DNA of 63,459 nt, counting the filler. It is 3 parts of 3 records of this genome, joined end to end, with 100 filler letters (N's around TTAATTAATTAA, not from the genome) between each part and the next. Parts side by side here need not be neighbours in the genome. Positions count along the whole stretch, not along the records: positions 26,805 to 51,870 come from DRR723986_3470; 2 more parts are not named here. One strand, given 5' to 3'. Position numbers and translations under genes: made by a program. Below the pieces are notes generated by a model, which did no database searches, was not told where the DNA came from, and saw only the letters and a program-made list of their open reading frames with translations. Positions within the stretch are counted from its first letter, which is position 1. The number at the start of each line of letters is the position of its first letter. Of the stretch, positions 38,899 through 47,880 are shown piece after piece.

Positions 38899-39240
38899 AT
38901 GCTCTATCGTGCCGGTCCTCTCGTCATCGTCGCAAGCGCCAGTGTCGCGCTGATCTGCGGCCTCTATGCCTATTTCGCGCCCCTGACGGGCGTCACCGGG
39001 GTCTGGGGGCCGCTCGCGGCGTCCTTCGGTGCGCTCTGCCTCGCCATCGGGGGGGCGCTTTTGCTGCGCGCGACCCGCGGCGGCGGCCGGGTGGCGCTTC
39101 TCGCGCTTCTGGCGCTGGGTCTGGCGCTGACCCTCTTCGCCACGGCACTGCTGCACCAATGGGTGATGCTGGCCGCGCTGGCGGTCTGCGCGCTTGGCTG
39201 GCTGCTGTCCCTCGTTCCCGCAGGGAGGGCGCCGGCATGA
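38899..39240 (+). CDS. Small 4-TM membrane protein coupled to the PQQ dehydrogenase
   Basis: Hydrophobic ~113 aa; stop overlaps the next ATG (ATGA); start may be 38890. Confidence 0.75.
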   Translation: MLYRAGPLVIVASASVALICGLYAYFAPLTGVTGVWGPLAASFGALCLAIGGALLLRATRGGGRVALLALLALGLALTLFATALLHQWVMLAALAVCALGWLLSLVPAGRAPA

Positions 39241-41297
39241 GATCCGTTTACGCCTCTGCCCTGGTCGCCGCCCTTGCCGGGACCGCCTTCGCGCAGGACC
39301 CCGCCCAGCCCGCGCCCGCGCCCGACCCCGTCGCCACGCCCGATCCCGGAGCGGCGGAACCCCGGACGCCTGCAGGGGCCGAGCCGGATGCCTTCGCGCC
39401 CGAAACCGCCCCCGAAACCGCGCGCCGCTTCCCCTCGGACGCGCGCGTGCCGGTGCCCGGAACCGACTGGACCGGCTTTCACGGCCAGTTGTCCGGCGCC
39501 AAATACTCGCCCCTGACCCAGATCACCCCCGAGAACGTCGGCGATCTGGAACTGGCATGGCGGGTCGAGACGGGTGACGTCTCGGATGGCTCCGGCGATC
39601 TTCCCGCGACGGTCTGGTCCGCGACGCCGATCTACGCTAACGGGCTGCTCTACATCGGCACGCCCTTCTACCGCGTCATCGCCTACGATCCCGCCACCGG
39701 CGAAGAGGTCTGGTCTTTCGACACCCAGTCCACGCTCGAGGCGCTGACCCAGCCCGCGCTCAAGAACCGTGGCGTGGCCTATTGGGAGGCAGACGACCCG
39801 CAAGAGGGCGAGGCCTGTCAGAAGATCGTCTACCTTGGCACCATGGACGCGCGGCTCTTTGCGATGGACGCGGACACCGGCGAGCCCTGCGCCGATTTCG
39901 CCGACGGCGGGCAGCTGGACGTGAACCAGTGGAACACCGTGAACGACCGCTGGCCGCTGTCGCTGCTGCAGCCGCCGACCATCGTGGGCGACCATGTCAT
40001 CATCGGCTGGGCCGGGAACGACTGGGACTGGGCCGAGGCGCCTCCGGGATCGGTCTTCAGCGTCAACGCGCAGTCGGGCGAGCTGGAGTGGACCTTCGAC
40101 ACCATCCCCGAGGACATCCGCGGGCGCACCGGCACCGCCAACGTCTGGACCGCCATGAGCGCCGACGAGGAACGCGGCATCGTCTACCTGCCCGTCGCCT
40201 CGCCCTCGCCGAACTACTGGGGCGGCAACCGGACGGAGGACATCCCCTACGCCACCTCGACCACCGCGCTCGACGTGGACACCGGAGAGGTGATCTGGTC
40301 GCGGCAGTGGGTGCATCACGACATCTGGGACTACGACATCAACTCGGCGCCGACGCTTATGGACATCACGGTGGATGGCGAAGAGATCCCGGCGCTGATG
40401 CAGGCGACCAAGATGGGCTTCCTCTTCGTCGTGAACCGCGAGACCGGAGAGGACGTCTGGCCGATCGAGGAACGCCCCGTACCCATGGGTAACATCGAAG
40501 GCGAACGCTACGCCGAAACCCAGCCCTTCCCGACCGTGCCCGCGCCGCTGATCGACCAGTCGGCACTGCCCGAGGTCTGGCCGCTCGCGGATATCGCGTC
40601 CTTCGGGGAATGTTCGCGGCTGTGGGACGAGATGGTCTACGAGGGCATGTACCAGCCGCCGACCACCGAGGGCGCGGGCGCCGGGGCCTATCCCAACTCG
40701 GCCGGCGTGGTGCAATGGGGCGGCGTGGGCTTCGATCCGGAACGCCAGATCGCCGTCGTCAACCTCAGCCATGTGGTGCAGCACATCCAGCTGTTCGACC
40801 GGGCCGAATACGACGAGATCAACGGCGAGGCCGGCCCGGGCGAAAGCGGTTTTCACCCGCAGACCGGCGCGCCCTACGGCATGTCGCTGAAGACCGCGAT
40901 GAACCGCTGGGGGATGCCCTGCTGGAAACCGCCCTACGGCGAACTGGCCGCCATCGACATGAAAACGGGCGAGACGGTCTGGCGCAGACCCTTCGGGTCG
41001 TCGCAGCGCTACGGGTTCTACATGCCCGAGGCGTGGGGCTCTCCGACCATCGGCGGGCCTGCGGTGACGGCCTCGGGGCTGATCTTCATCGGCGCCACGA
41101 TGGACGCCAAGGTCCGCGCCGTGGACCTCGCGACCGGAGAGACGCTCTGGGAGGATCTGACAGAGGCGCCCGTGGTCGCGAACCCGGCGATCTACGAACA
41201 TGAGGGCGTGCAATACGTGGCCTTCGTGTCCGGCGGGAACTCTATCCTGAAGCCCGCGGTGGGCGACATGGTCTCGGTCTACCGGCTGCTGGACTGA
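39237..41297 (+). CDS. Periplasmic PQQ-dependent dehydrogenase (glucose/quinate/polyol family)
   Basis: Signal peptide AFA-QD, YSPLTQITPENV, NRGVAYW, HHDIWDYD, PCWKPPYG, GGPAVTASGL. Confidence 0.9.
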   Translation: MRSVYASALVAALAGTAFAQDPAQPAPAPDPVATPDPGAAEPRTPAGAEPDAFAPETAPETARRFPSDARVPVPGTDWTGFHGQLSGAKYSPLTQITPENVGDLELAWRVETGDVSDGSGDLPATVWSATPIYANGLLYIGTPFYRVIAYDPATGEEVWSFDTQSTLEALTQPALKNRGVAYWEADDPQEGEACQKIVYLGTMDARLFAMDADTGEPCADFADGGQLDVNQWNTVNDRWPLSLLQPPTIVGDHVIIGWAGNDWDWAEAPPGSVFSVNAQSGELEWTFDTIPEDIRGRTGTANVWTAMSADEERGIVYLPVASPSPNYWGGNRTEDIPYATSTTALDVDTGEVIWSRQWVHHDIWDYDINSAPTLMDITVDGEEIPALMQATKMGFLFVVNRETGEDVWPIEERPVPMGNIEGERYAETQPFPTVPAPLIDQSALPEVWPLADIASFGECSRLWDEMVYEGMYQPPTTEGAGAGAYPNSAGVVQWGGVGFDPERQIAVVNLSHVVQHIQLFDRAEYDEINGEAGPGESGFHPQTGAPYGMSLKTAMNRWGMPCWKPPYGELAAIDMKTGETVWRRPFGSSQRYGFYMPEAWGSPTIGGPAVTASGLIFIGATMDAKVRAVDLATGETLWEDLTEAPVVANPAIYEHEGVQYVAFVSGGNSILKPAVGDMVSVYRLLD

Positions 41298-41314
41298 GGT
41301 CTGGAGAAGGACGG

Positions 41315-41345
41315 GAACGTCCCCCGCTTGCGGGGGGCGTTCTTT
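41315..41345 (+). terminator. Stem-loop after the PQQ dehydrogenase
   Basis: GAACGTCCCCCGC-TT-GCGGGGGGCGTTC followed by TTT. Confidence 0.6.
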
Positions 41346-41519
41346 CGCGGCGCATGGCGTGCGGCCACCTTTGCGCCCGCGCCGGGCCGCGACCGGAGGA
41401 GCCGGCGCCTTGCCGCGTTCGCTTCCCGCTTGCAGGTCGGGGCGTGCCGTAGCCTCGACGGCTGGGCAAACGCCCGCACCAACGGCGGGCGACAGGGGCG
41501 ACGCCTTTCCCCCGCCACG

Positions 41520-41555
41520 AAAGACAACGCCCCCCGGTGCGGACCGGGGGGCGTT
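41520..41555 (-). terminator. Stem-loop after paoC
   Basis: Perfect 13-bp stem AACGCCCCCCGGT/ACCGGGGGGCGTT. Confidence 0.6.
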
Positions 41556-41581
41556 CTTCCGTTCAACCGTAGCGATAGGCG

Positions 41582-43768
41582 TCAGAGCCCGGGCAGGATC
41601 CGGTCCGGCGTCGCGGGCAGATCGCGCACCCGCACGCCGCAGGCATGGTGGATCGCGTTCAGGATCGCCGCGCCCGACCCGCAGATCCCGAGTTCTCCGA
41701 TGCCCTTCGCCGCAAGCGGCCCGGCCCAATCGTCGGCTTCCTCGAGGAAGGCCACGTCCAGATGCGGGACATCCGCGTGGCAGGGCACGTGGAACTGCGC
41801 GAAGTCCCTGTTCACCACATGGCCATCGCGGCGGTCATGGGTCAGGCTTTCGGTCAGGGCCATGCCCAGCCCCCACGTCATGCCGCCCTGCGCCTGCGAG
41901 CGCGCGGTGCGCTGGTTCAGAACCCGGCCGATGGCGAAGGTGCCTTCCATCCGGCGCACGCGCACCTCGCCGCTGATGGCATTCACCGCCACCTCGGAGA
42001 AGACGGCGCCCCATGTGGCCTGACGGACCTTCTCCATCGCCTCGCCGGGGGTCAGGCTGCCGTGGCCGGTCAGGGGTTCTCCGGACAGAAGCTCCGTGAG
42101 CGGGCGCCGGTCGTTGCCGCAGGCGGCATGGCCGTCGGACAGGATCAATTCGTCGGCGGAACAGGTCATGCGCGAGGCGATGCTGCGCCGGATCTCTTCG
42201 CAGGCGAGCCAGACCGCCGTGCCCGTCGAGGCAGCGCCGAAGGAGCCGCCGGAACCGGAACCGGGCGGGAAGTCGGTGTCGCCCAGTTTTACCTCGACAT
42301 CCTCGGCGGGCAGGCCAAGCCCCTCCGCCGCGATCTGCGCGAGGATGGAATAGGTCCCGGTGCCGATGTCCGTCATGTCGGTCTCGACCCGCGCGCGCCC
42401 TTCGGGCGTCAGGGTCACGCGAGCCTCGGCGTCCATCAGCATGTTGACCCGCACGGCGGTCGCCATGCCGCTTCCGATCCACCAATCGCCCTCGCGCCGC
42501 TGGCGGGGCCGGGTCGGGCGGTCATTCCAGCCAAAGCGGTCGCGGCCCGCGATCAGGCAATCCGCCAGACGGTGCGAGGAAAAGGCGCGCCCGTCCTCGG
42601 GGTCGGCGTCCGGGATGTTGCGCAGACGAAGCTCGACCGGGTCGATCCCCGTGCGCTCCGCAAGCTCGTCCATGGCCACCTCGAAGACGGTGGCGCCGAC
42701 CGCCTCGCCCGGCGCGCGGACCGATCCGGCGGCGGGACGGTTGATGCGGACCACGTCCTTGCGCAGCAGGCGATGCGGCGCCGCATAGGTGAAATGCGAG
42801 GCCTGGATGACCGGCTCTCCGAAGGATTCGCCCGGCAGGTTGGAGACCTTCGCCTCATGCCCGATCGCGGTCAAACGGCCATCCGCACCGGCGGCGAGGC
42901 GCACGCGCTGGGTCGTTTCCGACCGGCGGGTGTTGACCTCGAAGACATGGCGGCGGTGCTGGACGACCCGCACCGGACAGCCCAATTCCTTCGCCGCCAG
43001 CGCGGCGGCGACACAATCCGCGGAGATCCCCAGCTTCGACCCGAAGCCGCCGCCGACGTAGGGCGCCAGCAGACGCACCTGTTTCTCCTCGATCCCGAGG
43101 GAATCCGCCAGTTCGGCCCGGTTGAACTTCAGCATCTGAAGCGAGCCGTGCAGGGTCAGCTGATCGCCGTCCCAGGCGGCCACCGCGGCATGAGGCTCCA
43201 TCGCCGCAGAGGTCAGTGAGGGCGTGGTATAGGTCTCGTCCACCAGAAGCTCGGCGGAGAGGAAGGCGTTCTCGGGGTCGCCGGTGACGGCCTCTTCCGA
43301 GGCATCGTCGTCGACCGCGCCGTTCTCGGGCAGCACGGGGGTGTCGTCGCCATCCGCCGTGATCTTCAGCAGGTTCGCGGCGTGCCACGCGGTCTCGAAG
43401 CTGTCGGCGACGACAAGCGCGACCGGCTGGCCGACATAATCGGCCCGGTCGATCCCCTGGACCGGCGCCTCGCCCGCCGTGCCCTGGGCCGCGTTGCGGA
43501 TCATCCGCGGGTCCTGAAAGACGCAGCGGACCCCGGGCAGCGCCTCGACCGCCGCCTTGTTGGCGATCCGGACCGCGCCGCGTCCCGGCGCCCGTTTCAG
43601 GACGCCATGCACCATGCCGTCGGGCGCATATTCGGCGGCGTAGCGCGCGGCGCCCGTGACCTTGGCGCGGCCGTCGCGACGCTCCATGTCGGCGCCCAGG
43701 GGGCCGTTGTCGGAGGGTTTGCTCAGGCCGGGCTGATCCGGGCCGTCGATCTGATAGTCCAGCGTCAT
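41582..43768 (-). CDS. paoC: Xanthine-oxidase-family aldehyde oxidoreductase, molybdopterin subunit
   Basis: KVTGAARYA, AMEPHA, VGGGFGSK, RAPGE, DIGTG, KGIGELG; start MTLDYQ at 43768. Confidence 0.85.
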   Translation of the reverse strand: MTLDYQIDGPDQPGLSKPSDNGPLGADMERRDGRAKVTGAARYAAEYAPDGMVHGVLKRAPGRGAVRIANKAAVEALPGVRCVFQDPRMIRNAAQGTAGEAPVQGIDRADYVGQPVALVVADSFETAWHAANLLKITADGDDTPVLPENGAVDDDASEEAVTGDPENAFLSAELLVDETYTTPSLTSAAMEPHAAVAAWDGDQLTLHGSLQMLKFNRAELADSLGIEEKQVRLLAPYVGGGFGSKLGISADCVAAALAAKELGCPVRVVQHRRHVFEVNTRRSETTQRVRLAAGADGRLTAIGHEAKVSNLPGESFGEPVIQASHFTYAAPHRLLRKDVVRINRPAAGSVRAPGEAVGATVFEVAMDELAERTGIDPVELRLRNIPDADPEDGRAFSSHRLADCLIAGRDRFGWNDRPTRPRQRREGDWWIGSGMATAVRVNMLMDAEARVTLTPEGRARVETDMTDIGTGTYSILAQIAAEGLGLPAEDVEVKLGDTDFPPGSGSGGSFGAASTGTAVWLACEEIRRSIASRMTCSADELILSDGHAACGNDRRPLTELLSGEPLTGHGSLTPGEAMEKVRQATWGAVFSEVAVNAISGEVRVRRMEGTFAIGRVLNQRTARSQAQGGMTWGLGMALTESLTHDRRDGHVVNRDFAQFHVPCHADVPHLDVAFLEEADDWAGPLAAKGIGELGICGSGAAILNAIHHACGVRVRDLPATPDRILPGL

Positions 43769-44736
43769 TGCGTTGCCTCCGTCAGAACTGCCTTGAGGGT
43801 CCGCTGTGCCAGCGGTTTCTTGAATTCCAGACCGTCGCGCAAGACGGCGTCCCGCATCAGGACCTCGCCGGCCTTGTCGAACAGCGCCTCGGACGGGCGC
43901 TCTCCGGTCAGCAGTGCATCGACCTGCGGATCGCGCCACGGCACGGTTCCAAGGCCGCCGAAGGCCACGGCGGCCTGTGCGATGACACCATCCTCGATCC
44001 GCAGGACCGCCCCGACCGAGACGAGCGCGAAGGCGTAGGAGGCGCGTTCGCGCACCTTGCGATAGACCTGCCGGTCGCCGATCGGCGCGGGCAGGCGGAC
44101 GGCGGTGATCAGATCGCCGGAGGACAGGCAGGTTTCCACATGCGGGGTCTCGCCGGGCGTGCGGTAGAAGTCCGGCAGGGGGACGACCCGCGTCTTGCCG
44201 GAGGACGCGCGGATCACGACCTCGGCATCCAGCGCGCGCATCGCGACGGCCATGTCGCTGGGATGCAGCGCCACGCAATGCTCGGAGGTGCCGAGGATCG
44301 CGTGGTTGCGCAACTCGCCACCAAGGGCCGCGCAGCCCGAGCCCGGTTCGCGCTTGTTGCAGGCACTGTCTATGTCCTGAAAATAGGGGCAACGGGTGCG
44401 CTGCAGCAGGTTCCCCGCCGTGGTCGCCTTGTTGCGCAATTGCGCCGACGCCCCGGCCAGCAGGGCGCGGGACAGCAGGGGCCACCGGCTGCGGATGTGC
44501 GGATCGTCGGCGAGGTCGGAATTGGGCAGGGTGGCGCCGATCTCGATGCCCTCGCCCTGCGGTTCGATCCCGCCAAGGCCAAGGCCGTTCACGTCGACCA
44601 GCGTTTCGGGCGACATCACGCCCAGTTTCATGAGGTCGATCAGGTTGGTGCCACCCGCGATGAAGGCGGCGTTCTCCGGATGGCCCGCAAGGGCCTTCTC
44701 GACGGTGTCGGGGCGGGTGTAGTCGAAGGGTCTCAT
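43765..44736 (-). CDS. paoB: Aldehyde oxidoreductase FAD subunit with 4Fe-4S cysteines
   Basis: AGGTNLIDLMK, QLRNKATTAGNLLQRTRCPYF..CNKR.PGSGC..HC, KVRERASYAFALVS. Confidence 0.87.
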   Translation of the reverse strand: MRPFDYTRPDTVEKALAGHPENAAFIAGGTNLIDLMKLGVMSPETLVDVNGLGLGGIEPQGEGIEIGATLPNSDLADDPHIRSRWPLLSRALLAGASAQLRNKATTAGNLLQRTRCPYFQDIDSACNKREPGSGCAALGGELRNHAILGTSEHCVALHPSDMAVAMRALDAEVVIRASSGKTRVVPLPDFYRTPGETPHVETCLSSGDLITAVRLPAPIGDRQVYRKVRERASYAFALVSVGAVLRIEDGVIAQAAVAFGGLGTVPWRDPQVDALLTGERPSEALFDKAGEVLMRDAVLRDGLEFKKPLAQRTLKAVLTEATQ

Positions 44737-45233
44737 GCCTCGGCCACCTCGGAGATGGCGTCGACGATGCCGCTGTAGCAGGCGCAGCGGCAGAGGTTGC
44801 CGCTCATGCGTTCGGTGATCTCTGCGCGGGTCGGCCGCATCGGGCCGGACAGGTCCTCGGTCACATGGCTGGCCCGCCCGGCGCGGATCTCTTCCAGCAT
44901 GGCGGTGGCAGAGCACAGCTGGCCCGGCGTACAATACCCGCATTGCATCCCGTCGTTGTCCAGAAAGGCCTGCTGAAGCGGCGAGAGCGCGTCGCCGTCG
45001 GACAGGCCTTCGACCGTCGTCACCGCGTCGCCGTCATGCATCACCGCGAGGCTGAGACAGGCGTTGATCCGCCGTCCCTCCACCAGCACGGTGCAGGCGC
45101 CGCATTGGCCGTGATCGCAGCCCTTCTTGGAGCCGGTCAGGCCGATGTGGTCGCGAAGCGCATCGAGCAGCGTGACCCTTGGATCGAGGTCGAGTTGGTG
45201 GCGCGTGCCGTTCACGGTCAGGGCAATTTCCAT
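44733..45233 (-). CDS. paoA: Aldehyde oxidoreductase 2x[2Fe-2S] subunit (no Tat leader)
   Basis: GCDHGQCGAC, QCGYCTPG, GNLCRCACY; RBS AAGGAG before 45233. Confidence 0.87.
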   Translation of the reverse strand: MEIALTVNGTRHQLDLDPRVTLLDALRDHIGLTGSKKGCDHGQCGACTVLVEGRRINACLSLAVMHDGDAVTTVEGLSDGDALSPLQQAFLDNDGMQCGYCTPGQLCSATAMLEEIRAGRASHVTEDLSGPMRPTRAEITERMSGNLCRCACYSGIVDAISEVAEA

Positions 45234-45345
45234 CTGAGGCTCCTTGCTGGTTCTCCGCCGGGCAGGACGGGCGGTTTGGCTTGGCGGATCATCCCGGGCG
45301 CATGTCGCTGCTGCACCCTGCGCGCGGGGCGGAATGAGTAGCCTG

Positions 45346-45370
45346 AACCGGAGTACCCTCGGAAAGTTCC
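45346..45370 (-). promoter_or_regulatory. EcfG/RpoE2-type promoter for paoABC
   Basis: Minus strand GGAAC-N16-GGTT. Confidence 0.6.
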
Positions 45371-45472
45371 CTTGCCCGTGGTCCGGGGCGGCGGATTGGC
45401 CGACGGGCGGCCCTGACGGACCGGCGGCGCGGCGCACGGGTCTTCACGTCCGCGTCAAACGCCACAAACTCA

Positions 45473-45498
45473 GGAACGTGCCCGGGGGGCGTGACGTT
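45473..45498 (+). promoter_or_regulatory. EcfG/RpoE2-type promoter for the aldehyde dehydrogenase
   Basis: GGAAC-N17-CGTT, ending 32 bp before the ATG. Confidence 0.7.
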
Positions 45499-45530
45499 TT
45501 CGCTTTGATTCCAAAGTGAAAGGAAACCCC

Positions 45531-46928
45531 ATGAAGGATGCTCATACGCCCGACCGCAGCATCACCACGGTCAACCCGGCGACCGAAGAGACGCTTGCCA
45601 CCTATCCGCTGATGTCCGACTCCGAGATGGTGGAGGCGGTCAAGGCCTGCCATGCCGCCTTCGAACGCTGGCGCGGCGAAAGCCCCGAGCGCCGTGCCGA
45701 GGTGATGCGCGCCATGGGCAAGGCGCTGCGCGACCGGAAGGAGGATTTCGCCCGTCTGATGACTCGCGAGGTCGGCAAGCGCCTGTCCGACAGCCGTGAC
45801 GAGATCGAGCTTTGCGCGGCGATCTGCGACTGGACCGCCAAGGAAGGCCCCGAGGTGCTCGCCGACGAAGAGCGCAGCCTGCAGGACGGGCGCCGGGGCA
45901 TCGTCACCAAGTCCCCCATCGGCGTGATCTACGGCATCCAGCCGTGGAACTTCCCGGCCTATCAGGCGGTGCGCTATGCTGTGGCCAACCTGATGGCCGG
46001 CAATGGCGTCCTGCTGAAGCACGCCGCGAATTGCACCGGCAGCGGGTTGATGCTGCGCGACATCTTCGAGGACGCGGGCCTGCCCGAGAACCTCTTCACC
46101 GTCATGCTGATCGACCACGACCAGTCCGACGACCTGATCGCGCATCGGCTGGTGCGCGGCGTGACCATGACCGGCAGCGCCGGCTCCGGCAGCAAGATCG
46201 CCGCCAAGGCCGGGGAGCACCTGAAGAAGACGGTCATGGAGCTTGGGTCGAACGATGCCTACCTCGTGCTGGAGGATGCAGATATCGACCTTGCGGTGAA
46301 GACCTGCGTCACCGGGCGGATCTACAACAACGGCCAGACCTGCGTGAACGCCAAGCGGTTCGTGGTCGCCGACGCGGTCTATGACGCCTTCGTCGAGGGC
46401 TTCGTGAAGGCAATGGCGGATGTCACGCTGGGCGACCCGACCGAAGAGGCGACGGATCTTGGCCCGATGGCCCGCAAGGACCTGCGCGAAACGCTGCACG
46501 AGCAGGTGCGCGACAGTGTCGCCAAGGGTGCGAAGATCGCCACGGGCGGGGAAATGCCGGATGGCACGGGGTATTACTATCCCGCCACGGTGCTGACCGA
46601 GGTCTCGCCCGGCCAGCCCGCCTATGACGACGAGCTGTTCGGCCCCGTGGCATCGGTGATCCGGGCGAAGGACGACGAGGACGCCATGCGGATCGCCAAC
46701 GACAGCCGCTTCGGCCTTGGCGGCGGCATCTTCAGCCGGGACGAGGCGCGCGCCATCGACCTTGCGAAGCGGCACTTCGACACCGGCATGGTCTTCGTGA
46801 ACCACTTCAACCTCGCCACGCCCGAGATGCCCTTTGGCGGCGTCAAGGACAGCGGCTATGGCCGCGAGCATGGCGGGCTGGGCATGATGGAATTCGTCAA
46901 CGCCAAGTCGATCGCCCTGCCGGGTTGA
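45531..46928 (+). CDS. NAD(P)-dependent aldehyde dehydrogenase (succinate-semialdehyde dehydrogenase-like)
   Basis: [43 protein letters not shown]. Confidence 0.92.
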   Translation: MKDAHTPDRSITTVNPATEETLATYPLMSDSEMVEAVKACHAAFERWRGESPERRAEVMRAMGKALRDRKEDFARLMTREVGKRLSDSRDEIELCAAICDWTAKEGPEVLADEERSLQDGRRGIVTKSPIGVIYGIQPWNFPAYQAVRYAVANLMAGNGVLLKHAANCTGSGLMLRDIFEDAGLPENLFTVMLIDHDQSDDLIAHRLVRGVTMTGSAGSGSKIAAKAGEHLKKTVMELGSNDAYLVLEDADIDLAVKTCVTGRIYNNGQTCVNAKRFVVADAVYDAFVEGFVKAMADVTLGDPTEEATDLGPMARKDLRETLHEQVRDSVAKGAKIATGGEMPDGTGYYYPATVLTEVSPGQPAYDDELFGPVASVIRAKDDEDAMRIANDSRFGLGGGIFSRDEARAIDLAKRHFDTGMVFVNHFNLATPEMPFGGVKDSGYGREHGGLGMMEFVNAKSIALPG

Positions 46929-46982
46929 TCGCTTGGACGACGCTGCGGCGGCCGGATACCTCCGGCCGCCGTTTTCATGCCC

Positions 46983-47741
46983 TCAGCCTTCCGAGAGGAC
47001 GGCCTCGCGGATGTCGCGCAGCGGGTGCTGGACGAGGGGCGTCCAGTCGCGCACCGCAAGACCGGGGCCATAGCCCCATCGGTCCCCCTGCGCCTCTGAA
47101 AGCAGGTGCAGCGGTTGGTAATCCGCATTGCCATCGCGCACCGGCTCTTGCGGGGGGCAGGGCTGCAGACCCATGAACCTGTGCAAGGCGCCGATGACCC
47201 GCGCCGGATCGGCGCAGAGATCCTCGTAGCGCAGCACGCAAACCGAATGCAGGTAGGTCAGATCGTCCAGAAGCTGGCGATGGGCATGGGTCCAATGCCC
47301 GATCAGGGCCTCCGGCGGATCGGGAAGCCATTTCGCGACCGCCTGGGCCACCGCCTCGGGATGGCGCAGGATCACCACGAACTGGCTCAGCGGAAAAAGC
47401 TGCTGGTACAGCCGCATCCGCGTCAGGTTCACCGGAGATTTCTCCACCCGCCAAGGCTTCGTCGGATCGAACCACGGCGCCCAGTCGGCCTCCAGCCGTT
47501 GACGGGTGGCGAGCGTGTCGAAGCGGCATTCCTCGACCAGATGCTGTCGGGGATCCGTCGCGAAGCGCATCGGTGCGCCGTCGCGGGCCGTGTGCGGGAT
47601 GGCACCCTGAAGATAGCAGCCCTCGTTCTCGGGAACCGGCGCGCCCGAGATCGAGGAAACCTCGGGGTGGGCGGCGATCAACCGGGCCAGCAGGCTTGTG
47701 CCAGAGCGGTGCAGACCGCCGATGAAGAGATATCTGTGCAT
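46983..47741 (-). CDS. PAPS-dependent sulfotransferase
   Basis: FIGGLHRSGTS (5'-PSB), VEKSP, ILRHP (3'-PB), LRYEDL..DP. Confidence 0.85.
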   Translation of the reverse strand: MHRYLFIGGLHRSGTSLLARLIAAHPEVSSISGAPVPENEGCYLQGAIPHTARDGAPMRFATDPRQHLVEECRFDTLATRQRLEADWAPWFDPTKPWRVEKSPVNLTRMRLYQQLFPLSQFVVILRHPEAVAQAVAKWLPDPPEALIGHWTHAHRQLLDDLTYLHSVCVLRYEDLCADPARVIGALHRFMGLQPCPPQEPVRDGNADYQPLHLLSEAQGDRWGYGPGLAVRDWTPLVQHPLRDIREAVLSEG

Positions 47742-47800
47742 GTCTCTGGTCTTGGAGCAGGCCACGAAGAAATCAACGCCACATCATGGAAATTAACTTC

Positions 47801-47826
47801 GGAACCAAGCCTTGCGGTGCGGGGTT
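47801..47826 (+). promoter_or_regulatory. EcfG/RpoE2-type promoter for the glycosyltransferase operon
   Basis: GGAAC-N17-GGTT, ending 54 bp before the ATG at 47881. Confidence 0.6.
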
Positions 47827-47880
47827 ACCCGGCAGACTGGAAAAGATCCATCAGCACATCCTTATCCGAAAGGCACGACC

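Noticed and set aside
40310-40340. WDYD motif as evidence of a lanthanide-dependent PQQ enzyme
   Set aside because: HHDxWDxD is the normal motif of the glucose/quinate dehydrogenase clade; the D-x-D rule applies to XoxF/ExaF-type enzymes
41314-41341. GGAAC...CGTT as another EcfG promoter
   Set aside because: Spacer is 19 nt, it forms the terminator stem, and no same-strand gene follows
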